DNA of 64,000 nt from an uncultured virus (IMG/VR IMGVR_UViG_3300020048_000043) (IMGVR_UViG_3300020048_000043:1-64000), one strand, 5' to 3'; counted from the stretch's first letter, positions 41,425 through 54,900 are shown. Translations and numbers: made by a program. Notes: generated by a model not told the origin, from the letters alone.

Positions 41425-41882
41425 ATAAATTCTCCTCCTCCAATAAAAAGTTCTCTACATCGCATAATAATTATTCCTAATTTATTTTTACCAATACCTG
41501 TTCTTAAATCTACACCCCAATACGTATCACCCCAATTATTTCCTTCTTTTAATATTTGTGTAGATGTAGAAATTAATTTGTATTGTAAATCTTTATGTTG
41601 ATCAAATTTAGCATACACACCATAAAACATAATATCATCTTTAACTTTTTCATCACCCCAATCTTCCCTTAATTTTATTTTTCTTCCTCTTGCTTTAGCT
41701 TGACCTGGTGTTGTAGCAGATAACACATATTGAAAATCTTTTTTATTTGTTGTTTTTTGTGCTTGAAAATAATGTTCTACTGTTGGATATATTTTTCCAT
41801 CTAATATAAATGTGGAAGGATAAAAATTAGATAAAAAAGCATATTCTCCTTTAAATTCTTGAATCACGTTTATCACCTCCAT
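41421..41882 (-). CDS. NADAR (YbiA-like) family protein
   Basis: FLSNFY, YPTVEHYFQAQK, AKF.QH, LKEGN.WGD.YWG, GKNKLG. Confidence 0.9.
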   Translation of the reverse strand: MEVINVIQEFKGEYAFLSNFYPSTFILDGKIYPTVEHYFQAQKTTNKKDFQYVLSATTPGQAKARGRKIKLREDWGDEKVKDDIMFYGVYAKFDQHKDLQYKLISTSTQILKEGNNWGDTYWGVDLRTGIGKNKLGIIIMRCRELFIGGGEFI

Positions 41883-42025
41883 ACTTTTTCCACCATGGAA
41901 GATTTCTTAAACAAGTTTCTTCTTTTGCTTGTTCTAATAGATTATAGTATTTTATAGGATCCACCCTCGAATGTCTACATTTTTCTTCTATTTCTTGATT
42001 CCATTCCGTGCTATAAGACATTGTA

Positions 42026-44071
<2,046 letters not shown>

Positions 44072-44133
44072 TTAAAATAAATAATAATGAACAGTTTTTT
44101 AATGGGAAACTGTTCAAAAACCCAAGATATATT

Positions 44134-45564
44134 TTATTTTACATTTTGTTTCTTAGTAATAACATATAGTAAACATACAAACATTAGAATTGTGATAGCA
44201 TGAGATGTATCTGCGTTAGTTGTATTACAACCGCCACCACCAGAAGAAGGCGTAGCAAGTTGTGTGATATTAAAAGTATCATTTACAGAATTAATTTCAA
44301 CTTCAATTCTATGGCCCAATGATGTTGTTACAACATATTTTGCGTTAGGAACAATTTCTACAATATCTCCATTTACATATGTATTTCTATTTCCTCCATT
44401 AATTGTCCATGTAAATGTAGCATTAGGAACATTCACATGAACTTTTCCTTTTTCTGCTTCTTCAAATAAATGATCCCTAAAGAAATATCCAAAATCAAAA
44501 TTAGGTTCCCACATAGCATTCACTAAACTAAAACCATGATGACCCGCTTGTCTTTCTGTTGGATGATTATCTATTTGAAATTGTACAACAATCCATGAAA
44601 TACTATTTTCTTTTATAAATTTCATTAAATCTTCACGAAATCTTCCTGGGCCTGGCCAAAAAGATTCTAAAGCATATTCCAAATCTGGACCAACGGTAGG
44701 CCACTGTTCTATATTCCAATAAGAAAATTCTGTAATTATAACTGGTTTTTGTTGTACTGTAGGTCTTACCCACGCATTATAATTATCTAAACCTGTAGTA
44801 TGAGGTCCTCTTCTACCATTCCAAGGAAATGGATGAAATCCATAAGATATATTAGAACCATTAACTGGATTTGTAAGAGCATATCTTAATTCGGAAGTAG
44901 CGTCAGGTCCATTACAAATAATAATTTTCTTTTGATCATATTGTCTTATTTTAGATATTACTTCTGTTTCATAAAAATTCTTTAATCTCATCCATTCATC
45001 GAAATGTGATTTATCTTTTGCTGTTAATGGTTCATTGAGTAATTCATATGCTAAAATTACATTTTCATTTACAAAATGTTTTGCTATTGCTTCCCATACT
45101 TCTGTTATTTCTTCTGTTGTTGTATAAATAATATCTGGATAATATTTTTCATCCAGCATATAACCATTAAATGGACAAATAATACTATGCCAATTTAAAA
45201 TAATATATAGATTATGTTTTTTAGCATAATTTACATATGTTTCTATTTCTTTTAAATAATTATCTATACCAATATGTCTATAATACGCTGGCATAAGATT
45301 AATACGAACTACATTACTACCCCATTGTCTTGCCGTATTAAACGCATTAGTTAAAAATGTATCATTCCAATGTTTTTGTGGAAGAAAACGTCTATCTTCA
45401 AAAATACCTACACCATAAAATTTAACTGGTTGATTTAAACTATTTACAATTTGATTTCCTTGTACTCTAAATGTATCTGGATAAATTGCAGCAAATGATA
45501 TATTACTAAAAAGAAATATTACACACAAACTCATTAGAATACTATTTCGAATTTTCTTAAACAT
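44134..45564 (-). CDS. Secreted glycoside hydrolase family 5 with a C-terminal membrane sorting signal
   Basis: Signal peptide; NVVR, WH, ELLNEP (acid/base) and ITEFS (nucleophile); C-terminal SSGGGGCN + TM + basic tail. Confidence 0.85.
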   Translation of the reverse strand: MFKKIRNSILMSLCVIFLFSNISFAAIYPDTFRVQGNQIVNSLNQPVKFYGVGIFEDRRFLPQKHWNDTFLTNAFNTARQWGSNVVRINLMPAYYRHIGIDNYLKEIETYVNYAKKHNLYIILNWHSIICPFNGYMLDEKYYPDIIYTTTEEITEVWEAIAKHFVNENVILAYELLNEPLTAKDKSHFDEWMRLKNFYETEVISKIRQYDQKKIIICNGPDATSELRYALTNPVNGSNISYGFHPFPWNGRRGPHTTGLDNYNAWVRPTVQQKPVIITEFSYWNIEQWPTVGPDLEYALESFWPGPGRFREDLMKFIKENSISWIVVQFQIDNHPTERQAGHHGFSLVNAMWEPNFDFGYFFRDHLFEEAEKGKVHVNVPNATFTWTINGGNRNTYVNGDIVEIVPNAKYVVTTSLGHRIEVEINSVNDTFNITQLATPSSGGGGCNTTNADTSHAITILMFVCLLYVITKKQNVK

Positions 45565-46120
45565 TTAAAACACCTCTTTCTTAAATTAATGGAAGATAAG
45601 TAGCATCTTCGCCAAACAACTTCATAATTTCATGCGCTTTTTTACATGTTTCTTCATTTCTTAAATCATAATTTCCTTCTTCATACATTACCCCCCATAA
45701 TTTTATACATTCCATAAATACAGCAAACATACTCTGCTGAAGTGTGCGATGTGTTCTGTATACAATATTTTCTGCAAATTCTTTTTTTGATTTATTATCA
45801 AATGTATTTACAAAATCTTCAAACATACTTGCCATTTCTTTCCCACTGGGTTTATTCGACATATTCAAATACCTCCTTGTTTTCAATTCTTTCATCACGT
45901 TCATTAAAAAAGAATCTTTTCTTAATACCATCGGAATATGTGCGTTGACAAATTTCAACTTCTACACCAATTATTTTTTGACCTTTATCTATAGTTCCAT
46001 TCCATGTTTTTTTAAAATTTTGAATAACTCTATTAATATCACTACCTTTGAATACACGATTAGCATGTGTACCCAATCTTGTAGACATATCTTCGTAAAT
46101 CGCTCGGAGATAATAAACCA

Positions 46121-46597
46121 TTATTTAACATCTCCTATTTTTTGACTAAGTTGTTCTTTTGCTGCTTTCATAAGAAGAATAAGTAGCATTTGCTGTTCTG
46201 TTTCTGTCAAATATTTTTTTGTTTCGTTAATATCTATTATTGCTTTAGGTTCTTCTTTCATGAAATTCATTTTAGTAAATTCTTTTATAACATCTACAGG
46301 TATTACTTCGTTTAATATTCTTACATAAAAGTGTGTTTCTCTTTCTTTAGGTATTACTTCGTTTAATATTCTTACATAAAAGTGTGTTTCTCTTTCTTTC
46401 AACGCTTCTATCATCATATCATCTGTCAATATTTCAAATGCTTCATCTATAATCTCTTCTGGTTCAAAAATATCTTTCATAGATAATGTATTTTTAAGTT
46501 CATTTATCAATTCTGTATCATCTACATCAACTTTTATATAATAACTACCTGAATTTTCTTGAAGCATATCTAGCGTTAGCCAATTTCTATATTCCAT
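46121..46597 (-). CDS. Hypothetical protein with a 17 aa tandem duplication
   Basis: KERETHFYVRILNEVIP occurs twice. Confidence 0.6.
   Translation of the reverse strand: MEYRNWLTLDMLQENSGSYYIKVDVDDTELINELKNTLSMKDIFEPEEIIDEAFEILTDDMMIEALKERETHFYVRILNEVIPKERETHFYVRILNEVIPVDVIKEFTKMNFMKEEPKAIIDINETKKYLTETEQQMLLILLMKAAKEQLSQKIGDVK
46298..46399. repeat. Perfect 51 bp tandem duplication
   Basis: AGGTATTACTTCG...CTCTTTCTTT at 46298-46348 and 46349-46399. Confidence 0.95.
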
Positions 46598-46753
46598 TTT
46601 TTATTTCCTCCTTTTCAGGTTTAAAAACAATTGCTATTCCTATTGATTGACAAAATTCAGACAAATAAGAATTATCTATTAAACCAACAGGTTTATTGGT
46701 TTTCTCAAAAATAATTGTAGAAAACTTCTCCGCATATTCCACTCTAAACATTT

Positions 46754-47110
46754 CTAATACCACTCCAATTCATCCAGAATGACTTGTGGGTCTCCAAACA
46801 TTTTAATAAGTTTTTGTAGATTTTCATTTTCTTTTAATTCTTTTTTAAGATAAATAATTTTTTGTTCAAGTTTTTCGAGTCTTTCATTTCCTGTTGGAAT
46901 TTGAATCACAATCAAATCTTCGCGCATAATTAAATCTTGATAAAAAGAATTCAAATATTTTTGAATTTCAACATAAGCATCTTCATTTTTAAAATTTGGA
47001 TCAAAATGTATTTGAATAAACTGTTCTATTTGATCCGGATCTAATTGCCAACCTACACCCAAGAAACTACTACTACTACTGTTTGATACAAATCCTATTC
47101 TAATTTTCAT
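46754..47110 (-). CDS. SNSSSSS-tag family protein 8
   Basis: MKIRIGFVSNSSSSSFLGVGW. Confidence 0.75.
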   Translation of the reverse strand: MKIRIGFVSNSSSSSFLGVGWQLDPDQIEQFIQIHFDPNFKNEDAYVEIQKYLNSFYQDLIMREDLIVIQIPTGNERLEKLEQKIIYLKKELKENENLQKLIKMFGDPQVILDELEWY

Positions 47111-47572
47111 TTTTTGTTTCCTCCTTTAATGGATTGGATTCTACGTGAAACGCTAACTCTGATAAATATTTATCATACAAATCTAAATCATCATATTTTC
47201 TATTATACTCGTAGTAATCTTCTTCACCTTTGAATTTCATTCTTCCAGTATGCGCGATATGATATGTTTGATTATCAATAATTACTTCAACATCATTTGA
47301 ATCTATTCTTTTCAAAGAAATGTAATATCTAAAACCAAATAAAACCAATCTATTATTGAAAAAGAACACAACATCATTTTCATTTGAAACTACATTGTAT
47401 TTAATTCTTTCTTTTTGAATTTCAATTTTATTTTCATGAAAATTTATAACATCTCTTACAGCTTGATCTATTTCATCATCAGGAATAGCACAATTCCAAT
47501 ATTCTTCTTCTATATCAAAATATTCTTTATCAATCCATTGAAGTTTTATCAAGTTAATCCTCCTTTAATTTT

Positions 47573-47615
47573 ATATAGCTGGATATACGTTATTTGTACG
47601 TACATCCAGCTATAT
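47573..47615 (-). terminator. Putative terminator hairpin after the Rad50 gene
   Basis: ATATAGCTGGAT...ATCCAGCTATAT inverted repeat. Confidence 0.55.
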
Positions 47616-47626
47616 ATGATTAATTT

Positions 47627-49597
47627 TTAATTAAAATCAATAGGATTAATGATAATACTATTAACACTATCTATAATATTATCATCATGCGTACAAATGA
47701 ACAACTGTGTTTGTTTTCCTAGATGTGTTAGATATTGTTTTACTTCATTGATACGTGTATCGTCTAGAAATTGTGTTGGTTCATCTATAAGCATTATAGG
47801 AACTTTATTACCCATAGCTTTTAGAAGAGCCAAATGACTTGTAAGACCTAAACATACTGTTTGTGCTCCAGACATTTGATCAAAAATACGATCACCTATT
47901 TGTATGTCAAAATTGTCCCAATCCATCTTAATAGCACCTAGGTCAAAACTAAACAATTCTTGAAAATCATGATTCAAATGATATGCTACAGGTTTGAATA
48001 GAGATGTTCTTAACTTACCAGGCATATCTTTAAATGTTTCTTTCCATGACAAAATATCATTTAAAATATTACTTGCTACTTCTATTTCTTTTTCTGTTGT
48101 TTCCTTTTTCTTAAGATTTTTTGTATACATTTCCAATAAATCTTTTTTAGTTTTTAATGACATAGCAACAGTTTGATAATTGTGTATCATTTGTTTAGAT
48201 ACATGAATTTCTTCTTCTGTCATTTCAATTGAATTTGATATTTCCGTGATTTGTTTTTCTAATGACTCTATGTGCGTTGTATATTGATTCAAATGTGTTA
48301 CATAATTATTATAATTACTCCAATGTGTAGCTACTTCATTAAGTCTTTGAGAAGATACATCTTCTACTACGCCTAATTGCTGTATTTGAATATCTATGTT
48401 ATTAATATCTTGTGTATATTTATTTATGATATCTTTTAAAATTTCAGATACATCTTTTGAGAAAGGTACAAATTGTTTCAAATGCTGTATTACAGACGCA
48501 TGTGTTTGAAGTTTATCTTTAATAGAACTGTATTTTGCTTTTTCTTGAGCAATACTTTGTGCGTCTATATGTCCATATTGTTTATTGAATGAAAGCAACG
48601 TATTAGCATTATTCATATCTGTATACTGCTCTGTCGTAAGATATGTATATAATGTTTTCTTTTGAACATTTAAATCACGTAATTGCTCTTCTGTATATGT
48701 AGCTTTTACAAGTGTAGTATCCAAACCGAAAAATATTCTTAGTTCATCTACTACAGTTAACGCATCTACATACTTTTTCACATCTTCTTCATGTTGATTT
48801 CTTTTTTGTAAATATTGTTCTTTTAATTGATATTGTTTTTGTTTTGTTTCTAGTTCTGAAAATTGTACTATGGGTTTAGAAACCATATTCAATTGTGCTA
48901 ATTGATTTCTATACATATCCAAAGAATTCATTGCTTGTGATAACTGTTTGTGTTTATTTTCTTCTGTAGTAATTTTTGTTATATCTGGTTTATGACACAT
49001 TTGAGATTCTAAATCTTGTATCTCTTGTTGTAATTCTACCAAATTAATGGGTTGTGTAGAAGATATATCTGCCAGTATTGCTTCTTTATTTTTTACTTCA
49101 GCAACATATATCTTTTCACGTGTTAGTAATTCCTTATATCCATCATTGATAGTTTTAGTATCTATGACAAGCGATATAAGTTTTTCTACAATACCTTTAC
49201 CGACATCTTTTTCAAAAAACTCATGTATAGCACCTTGTTTAACAAATGCTGCGTTATAAAACAATAATGGATCAAATGGAAGATGTTCTTGTACTTCTGC
49301 TACTTTTTTGAAAGATCGCCCATCAGATAATTCCAATAGTGATGTTTTACTTGTTCTAGTTATTTTACTTCCATCATCTAATACTAGTGTTATTTTAAAA
49401 TCTTTTGCGTATGGCCCAATAAGATATTCTATTGAATGTGATTTACCATGTTTACCAGTACAAGCAAAAGCAATAGCACGTAGAATATGACTTTTGCCTG
49501 TACCATTAGGTCCAATGATATACACATTCTTATTTTTACAATTCAAATCCAACTGTTTGATTGGCCCAAAATTCTGTATAGATATCTCAGTTAGCAT
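47627..49597 (-). CDS. Rad50/SbcC-like SMC ATPase (gp46-like)
   Basis: Walker A GPNGTGKS, Q-loop, coiled coil, MSGAQ signature, LIDEP Walker B, H-loop. Confidence 0.88.
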   Translation of the reverse strand: MLTEISIQNFGPIKQLDLNCKNKNVYIIGPNGTGKSHILRAIAFACTGKHGKSHSIEYLIGPYAKDFKITLVLDDGSKITRTSKTSLLELSDGRSFKKVAEVQEHLPFDPLLFYNAAFVKQGAIHEFFEKDVGKGIVEKLISLVIDTKTINDGYKELLTREKIYVAEVKNKEAILADISSTQPINLVELQQEIQDLESQMCHKPDITKITTEENKHKQLSQAMNSLDMYRNQLAQLNMVSKPIVQFSELETKQKQYQLKEQYLQKRNQHEEDVKKYVDALTVVDELRIFFGLDTTLVKATYTEEQLRDLNVQKKTLYTYLTTEQYTDMNNANTLLSFNKQYGHIDAQSIAQEKAKYSSIKDKLQTHASVIQHLKQFVPFSKDVSEILKDIINKYTQDINNIDIQIQQLGVVEDVSSQRLNEVATHWSNYNNYVTHLNQYTTHIESLEKQITEISNSIEMTEEEIHVSKQMIHNYQTVAMSLKTKKDLLEMYTKNLKKKETTEKEIEVASNILNDILSWKETFKDMPGKLRTSLFKPVAYHLNHDFQELFSFDLGAIKMDWDNFDIQIGDRIFDQMSGAQTVCLGLTSHLALLKAMGNKVPIMLIDEPTQFLDDTRINEVKQYLTHLGKQTQLFICTHDDNIIDSVNSIIINPIDFN

Positions 49598-50075
49598 TAG
49601 CTGTCTCCTTTTCTTTTAGTCTTAATTTCTTTTCTTCTTCCCATAATTTACGAAATACAATTCTACAACGCAATCTCACTTTGTAGAGATCTTCTACAAT
49701 AAGAGATTCTAGTTCTTGTAATAATTTTAGAAAATGAGGTTTCAGCAAACTCATTTTTTCTACACGCAATACATACTCAACATCATCTGTTTCTTCATTA
49801 AATTGCGCATTGAGATAATATGTAAACACAAATCTTTTATTCAATTGTTGTAGATGTTTTCTTCTTGGAGATGTTAAACTATCCATACATATTTCTTCTA
49901 TATAATACGGAGAAAGTCTAATAGTTCTTTCTCTTTTATATGAAAATAATGTTGTATGAATAAATTTTGTCAACGCACTTAAAATATCCGGATTCTTTTT
50001 TGATTGAAATCCATATTCTTTTAATGTATTTTGAATTGTTGTTAGTTCGATTTCTTCAAGTGCGTCGTCTGTCAT
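49587..50075 (-). CDS. Hypothetical protein between the Mre11 and Rad50 genes
   Basis: Coupled ORF overlapping both neighbours. Confidence 0.6.
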   Translation of the reverse strand: MTDDALEEIELTTIQNTLKEYGFQSKKNPDILSALTKFIHTTLFSYKRERTIRLSPYYIEEICMDSLTSPRRKHLQQLNKRFVFTYYLNAQFNEETDDVEYVLRVEKMSLLKPHFLKLLQELESLIVEDLYKVRLRCRIVFRKLWEEEKKLRLKEKETANAN

Positions 50076-51169
50076 TATAGTAAATCCTCCAATACATCAG
50101 ATGTTGTAATTATTTGCTTTGGTGCTTCTTGTATAATAGGTTCTGTTGTTGTTTCTTCTTTCAAACCAATCAACATATCAATATCTATTTGTTTATTACA
50201 AAACAAAATTAATTTTTTTCTTTTTTCTTCTGCCATTTCTGTATATGAATTATTAACTAATGTTTCGAATGTAATATTTTGTATCTGTCCGTTTTCTCCA
50301 ATAGAAAAATCAACACTATTTTCTTCTTCATTATCACTTTTAAGTCTTTTACAAAACACATTAGGCTTATTAATGATTTCATCTGTAATCATTACATACA
50401 ATTTATCATCATGTAATGCTTCTTCTACATTATTTATAAGCGCAGGTTTTAGTTCAGGAAATGTAAAACGTTGAAATGATTTGTTAATATCTGTAGAATC
50501 TTCATCTATGTAAATATACGCTGGAATACAAATCGGACTAATCATCTCATCTACTTTACCACAAAACATAGAACCACATGTGTGAAACTTACCTTTATCA
50601 TAATGTGTATGTGTATCACCTGTAAGTACAAGATCGAACTTCATAAACATTGGATCATTTTCATCTACAATTCCAGCAAACTTATTCATTTGATATGTAC
50701 TAAAATGTGAAAATAGAATTTTAGCATCTCCACGATAATCTTTTATTTCATCTAACATACCTACAGAATATGGTACAATAAATATTTTATGTTTTCCAAT
50801 TATAACTTCTGTAGACGAATTATAAGAATGTATTTTTGTATTATCTGTTTCATATTGTTTCACTACACTCCACGCATAACTTTTATCTTGAAGTATAAGA
50901 TCGTGATTACCAGATATTCCATGCCAATGAATTTCTTTAAATTGTTGTATCTTTGCTGTTTCTTTGATACAATGTTGTACAAGAATATACTCTATTGGTT
51001 TTGGTGTAGCAACATCCCACAAATCTCCTAAATTAAAAATATGTTCTACCGGCTTTATAAACGTATTAGCAAACTGTTTTACAATATACATAAAAGAAGA
51101 CAACGATTCTCTGTACAATATTTTATTTCGTCTGTCTACTCCTAAATGCGCATCCGCAAATATAATCAT
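50075..51169 (-). CDS. Mre11/SbcD-like metallophosphoesterase nuclease (gp47-like)
   Basis: DAHLG, GDLWD, GNHD, SH, GDTH. Confidence 0.88.
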   Translation of the reverse strand: MIIFADAHLGVDRRNKILYRESLSSFMYIVKQFANTFIKPVEHIFNLGDLWDVATPKPIEYILVQHCIKETAKIQQFKEIHWHGISGNHDLILQDKSYAWSVVKQYETDNTKIHSYNSSTEVIIGKHKIFIVPYSVGMLDEIKDYRGDAKILFSHFSTYQMNKFAGIVDENDPMFMKFDLVLTGDTHTHYDKGKFHTCGSMFCGKVDEMISPICIPAYIYIDEDSTDINKSFQRFTFPELKPALINNVEEALHDDKLYVMITDEIINKPNVFCKRLKSDNEEENSVDFSIGENGQIQNITFETLVNNSYTEMAEEKRKKLILFCNKQIDIDMLIGLKEETTTEPIIQEAPKQIITTSDVLEDLL

Positions 51170-51561
51170 TAGAAACCCCCCGCAAATGGAATATGTAATT
51201 GATTGGAATGTACATTTGGTAATTCTTCTATTGTAATAGATAATTTACGTTCCAACCAATCTTTTACTAAAAATCTATGACAAAATTTATCTGGCGTATC
51301 CCAACATAGTAGTACCGCATCTTCTTTTAATTCATTGAAAACTTGTTGTGGATCTAAATTACGCAGAACTTCACTTTCATAAATTTGAATATATTTTTGT
51401 TCTGTGATTTTTCTTTTTTTCAATGCCTGAACTAATGACATTGTTGGAGCTAGTGCGTGATATGTTCGACCTGTAAAATAATGAGGTGTACTAAAACTGA
51501 TAGCTACAACATTTTTATATTTACTCCATTGTTTTTTGTTTCCAAAATATGACGTATACAT
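51169..51561 (-). CDS. DUF488-like protein
   Basis: MYTSYF...LAP...LLCW..P.KFCHR.LV..WL. Confidence 0.7.
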   Translation of the reverse strand: MYTSYFGNKKQWSKYKNVVAISFSTPHYFTGRTYHALAPTMSLVQALKKRKITEQKYIQIYESEVLRNLDPQQVFNELKEDAVLLCWDTPDKFCHRFLVKDWLERKLSITIEELPNVHSNQLHIPFAGGF

Positions 51562-51562
51562 A

Positions 51563-52345
51563 TTATTCCTCCTCAAAATTATATAGATCTATTTCTGTAA
51601 ATATCTCTCTTAATAATTTTTGTGGTTTTTTATTTCCAAAAATATCTATTAATAATTTTCTTTTATCTATCAATTCATCTGTACCTCCATACTTAGTTGC
51701 TAGAATTTTTCTTAACACATTCTTTGTTTCTGTATCCAATTGAAGAATAGATAGAAAAGATTCTCCTTGTAGATCTCTATTGAAATTACTATTGAAAAAT
51801 AAAGTGTAAATATACTGTAAATAATTATTGATATAAAAATCATATTGTTGTTGTGAATCTTCACTAAACGGATATACTGCTTTGATCATATCGAATATTG
51901 TTATAACCTGAACACCACCCCAACAAATATCTCCTCCTTTATATACATTTCCATAATACCATACACTGTCTTCCTGTTCTAAATTATATAATTGTATATG
52001 ACTTGAGTTCTCTACTTTATATTGTGTTATTGAAAACGAAATCATAGGTATGTTGAATTTAAAAATATCTTTGAATGGTTTTATGGTACGCACATGTGGT
52101 AATACTTTAAAATAAACTTGTATTACATTTGTATTTGAATTGTAGTAAAAATTAGACAATATGAAATTCGGCGTAAACTCTTTTTTATATTTAATTACAA
52201 CATTTCGAAAGACTTGTTTTTTACTTTTACATTTTTTTGTCAAATATTCTTGAAAATTTACTCCAACAACATTTTTATTATACGTAAGTCCACCATAATC
52301 CAAATCATATACAAATGTATAAGGCTTATCTGTGATTAGAAACAT
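51563..52345 (-). CDS. Prokaryotic E2 family D-like protein
   Basis: GNVYKGGDICWG...FFNSNFNRDL, including the putative catalytic Cys. Confidence 0.7.
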   Translation of the reverse strand: MFLITDKPYTFVYDLDYGGLTYNKNVVGVNFQEYLTKKCKSKKQVFRNVVIKYKKEFTPNFILSNFYYNSNTNVIQVYFKVLPHVRTIKPFKDIFKFNIPMISFSITQYKVENSSHIQLYNLEQEDSVWYYGNVYKGGDICWGGVQVITIFDMIKAVYPFSEDSQQQYDFYINNYLQYIYTLFFNSNFNRDLQGESFLSILQLDTETKNVLRKILATKYGGTDELIDKRKLLIDIFGNKKPQKLLREIFTEIDLYNFEEE

Positions 52346-53289
52346 ATTATTCCTCCTGTCTAATAATATTGTTTTCTACTGTTTTAATTATAAGACGAAA
52401 TGGCGGATATGTTATTAAAACATTATCCAGTTCGTTATCCAAAAAGGGGGAAATTACCTTTAATTTTGTTTCTAGTGACTGTTCTTCTACATTTATTTCT
52501 TTGAAACACATATCTTTTACATAAGTATTGTTTGTGTTTCTGAAAAACATAGCTACTACATTATCAGCATCCACATCCCATATAATATGTCTATAGATAT
52601 ATTCTACAATATATTGTATAGGATGTATTTTTGGTTTACAATATTTGACTTTAATCCACTTGACCATATTATTCCAAAAATCACTCATCTTCCTTTTCCT
52701 CCACATCTGTTAAAGACGAATCTAAAATATAATTCGTTTGTTCTTCATACAATATTTCTGTGTCCAACACTTGTAATAATTTTTTAGATTTATTTGTTTC
52801 TGTTTTTACATAATGTGTCCCATCTTTAAAATATACAAGCATATTTCGATTTAACGGTTTTTCATGTATAATATTTCTAGATGGATTTATTTTTAAATCA
52901 AATTCAGGCGTCATATATTTATGTGTTGTTTCAAAAGGATCTTTTTCTAATGGAATAGGTATCTCAAATTTTTCATCTGAAAAATCTGTTATATATCTGA
53001 ATAAATAATAACATTCATCTATTTTTTGAAAATTCATCTTAAAAATATTTTGAATATACATGATTGATTTACACCTCCTTTAATTTATCGATAATGGTAT
53101 CTACTTGAATATTATTTGTTTTTATAAATCTTTGAAAATCAAAACTAGTATTTACTTTATTATGTTGTACTATGATTATATTTTCATTTTCTGGATCATA
53201 TGGTAATAAATTTACTAAACCTAATTTTTGTCTTTCATATTGTGAATCATTTATTGACGCACAACGTAATAGTAAAAAATAGTTTATTG

Positions 53290-54075
53290 TCAATTAACAA
53301 CACCTCCAAATTTATAATTATATAACCTAGTCAAATAGAAAAACACAGATACTAAATCTCTTAATCTTCCATTATTACTGAATGATTTTTTAAAATAAGC
53401 TTCAATTTTATTTTCTATTTGTTGTGCTTCTTCTTCTGTCATACATCTTAATATTTCATGTGATTTATATGTAAAATCATAAATATTACTACGGTCTGTA
53501 AAACAACTATACGCATATCTAGCAGCAGCAGATAACATTTTAAAAATAATTATAGAATCTGCTTCTATTATTTTTAAAAATAATTCATTTGGATGAATAC
53601 CTATATATACAACTAAATCTATAATCCAAGAAACATAATCTTTATCTACATAACTATCATAAAATATTGATGATGAAAACTCTCCTAAAAAAGATTGTAG
53701 TGCTCTTGTAGATAAAAGAGCACTACTCAGTTGTACTACTTTACGATTATTAATAGTGTTTATATAATTTTCTATTTTTTGACAATAAGGTACAGTTTTA
53801 GTACCGACTGTTTCACCTTCTTTACACAAAGATCTATTTATATTTATTGTTGTTATATCATCTGTTATTTTACAATAGTATATGTAGTTTCTTCTTTGTG
53901 TAGAACAATAATAATGCGCTATAAAATATTCTGGCTTTCTATTCTCTATTTTGTCTACAAACTCATGTATACTAAAAAAATCTCGAAATTCATGTCGAGT
54001 AGAATTTGTCGCACCCCATTCAAAATCAAAACCTAATACTACTGTATTTTGTAAAATATTTTTTTCTATACACAT
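53290..54075 (-). CDS. Hypothetical protein in the E1/E2/JAB cluster
   Basis: 261 aa ORF. Confidence 0.55.
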   Translation of the reverse strand: MCIEKNILQNTVVLGFDFEWGATNSTRHEFRDFFSIHEFVDKIENRKPEYFIAHYYCSTQRRNYIYYCKITDDITTININRSLCKEGETVGTKTVPYCQKIENYINTINNRKVVQLSSALLSTRALQSFLGEFSSSIFYDSYVDKDYVSWIIDLVVYIGIHPNELFLKIIEADSIIIFKMLSAAARYAYSCFTDRSNIYDFTYKSHEILRCMTEEEAQQIENKIEAYFKKSFSNNGRLRDLVSVFFYLTRLYNYKFGGVVN

Positions 54076-54078
54076 ATA

Positions 54079-54900
54079 TTAATCCTTCCTTTCGAGTTGT
54101 TTATTAACAAACTCCAAAATATCTTTATGTGATGTAGGAGGAGCGAAAGCATCTTCAACATCTGCGGGAGCACTATTATATTTAGTATCTGGTTTTCCTG
54201 GATACACATAATCTCTTTCATTGGATGGTTTATTTTTATTATACCAGTTGCTTCTATAAAAGTAAGATTCATCTGTTGAACCCATATTGTATACGGATGT
54301 TGCGGGTGTAATTATTTGTTGTGTAATTTGTGGCATATCCATTACATCAAATACAAATAAATCCTCCAGTTTAAGCATTATTTTATTACCTAGATATGAC
54401 AATCGGACATCTACATTATTGTTGAAATTTAGAAAATTCATTTTATCAATATTCTTCAATACACAACTAATATGCGGAAGAATATCCAAGGAAGAATCAT
54501 TTGTATCATCTGTTGAAGAAAATGTAATACCCATTGTATGATGTGAATGTAATTCAAACATCAATACACAATCTTCGGGCAGTTCCCAACCAAATGTAAC
54601 ATGTGCTCCAGATACTACTTGTTGTGGAATATATAGTGTATGAGATTTTGTTTTTGTATTCCAAAGCATAAAAATTTCCATTTCAGAATGATACAAATTA
54701 TAAATATACGCTGCTCTTTTAAAGAAATCTATAAGATAATTGATATGTGGTTTAGGAATTTTCCATTCAATAACAGGAAGAGCAGATTTTTCAAGTAATA
54801 CTTTAGGCGCAACAGTATAACCAGTATTAATATTAAGTGTCATTGTATTTGTCTCCCCCGTAAGATATACTCTATTGTCAATAACTTTTACATTACTCAT
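54079..54900 (-). CDS. JAB/MPN metalloprotease (prokaryotic JAB)
   Basis: E...PQQ.VS...ELHSHH.M...FSSTDD.ND. Confidence 0.82.
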   Translation of the reverse strand: MSNVKVIDNRVYLTGETNTMTLNINTGYTVAPKVLLEKSALPVIEWKIPKPHINYLIDFFKRAAYIYNLYHSEMEIFMLWNTKTKSHTLYIPQQVVSGAHVTFGWELPEDCVLMFELHSHHTMGITFSSTDDTNDSSLDILPHISCVLKNIDKMNFLNFNNNVDVRLSYLGNKIMLKLEDLFVFDVMDMPQITQQIITPATSVYNMGSTDESYFYRSNWYNKNKPSNERDYVYPGKPDTKYNSAPADVEDAFAPPTSHKDILEFVNKQLERKD

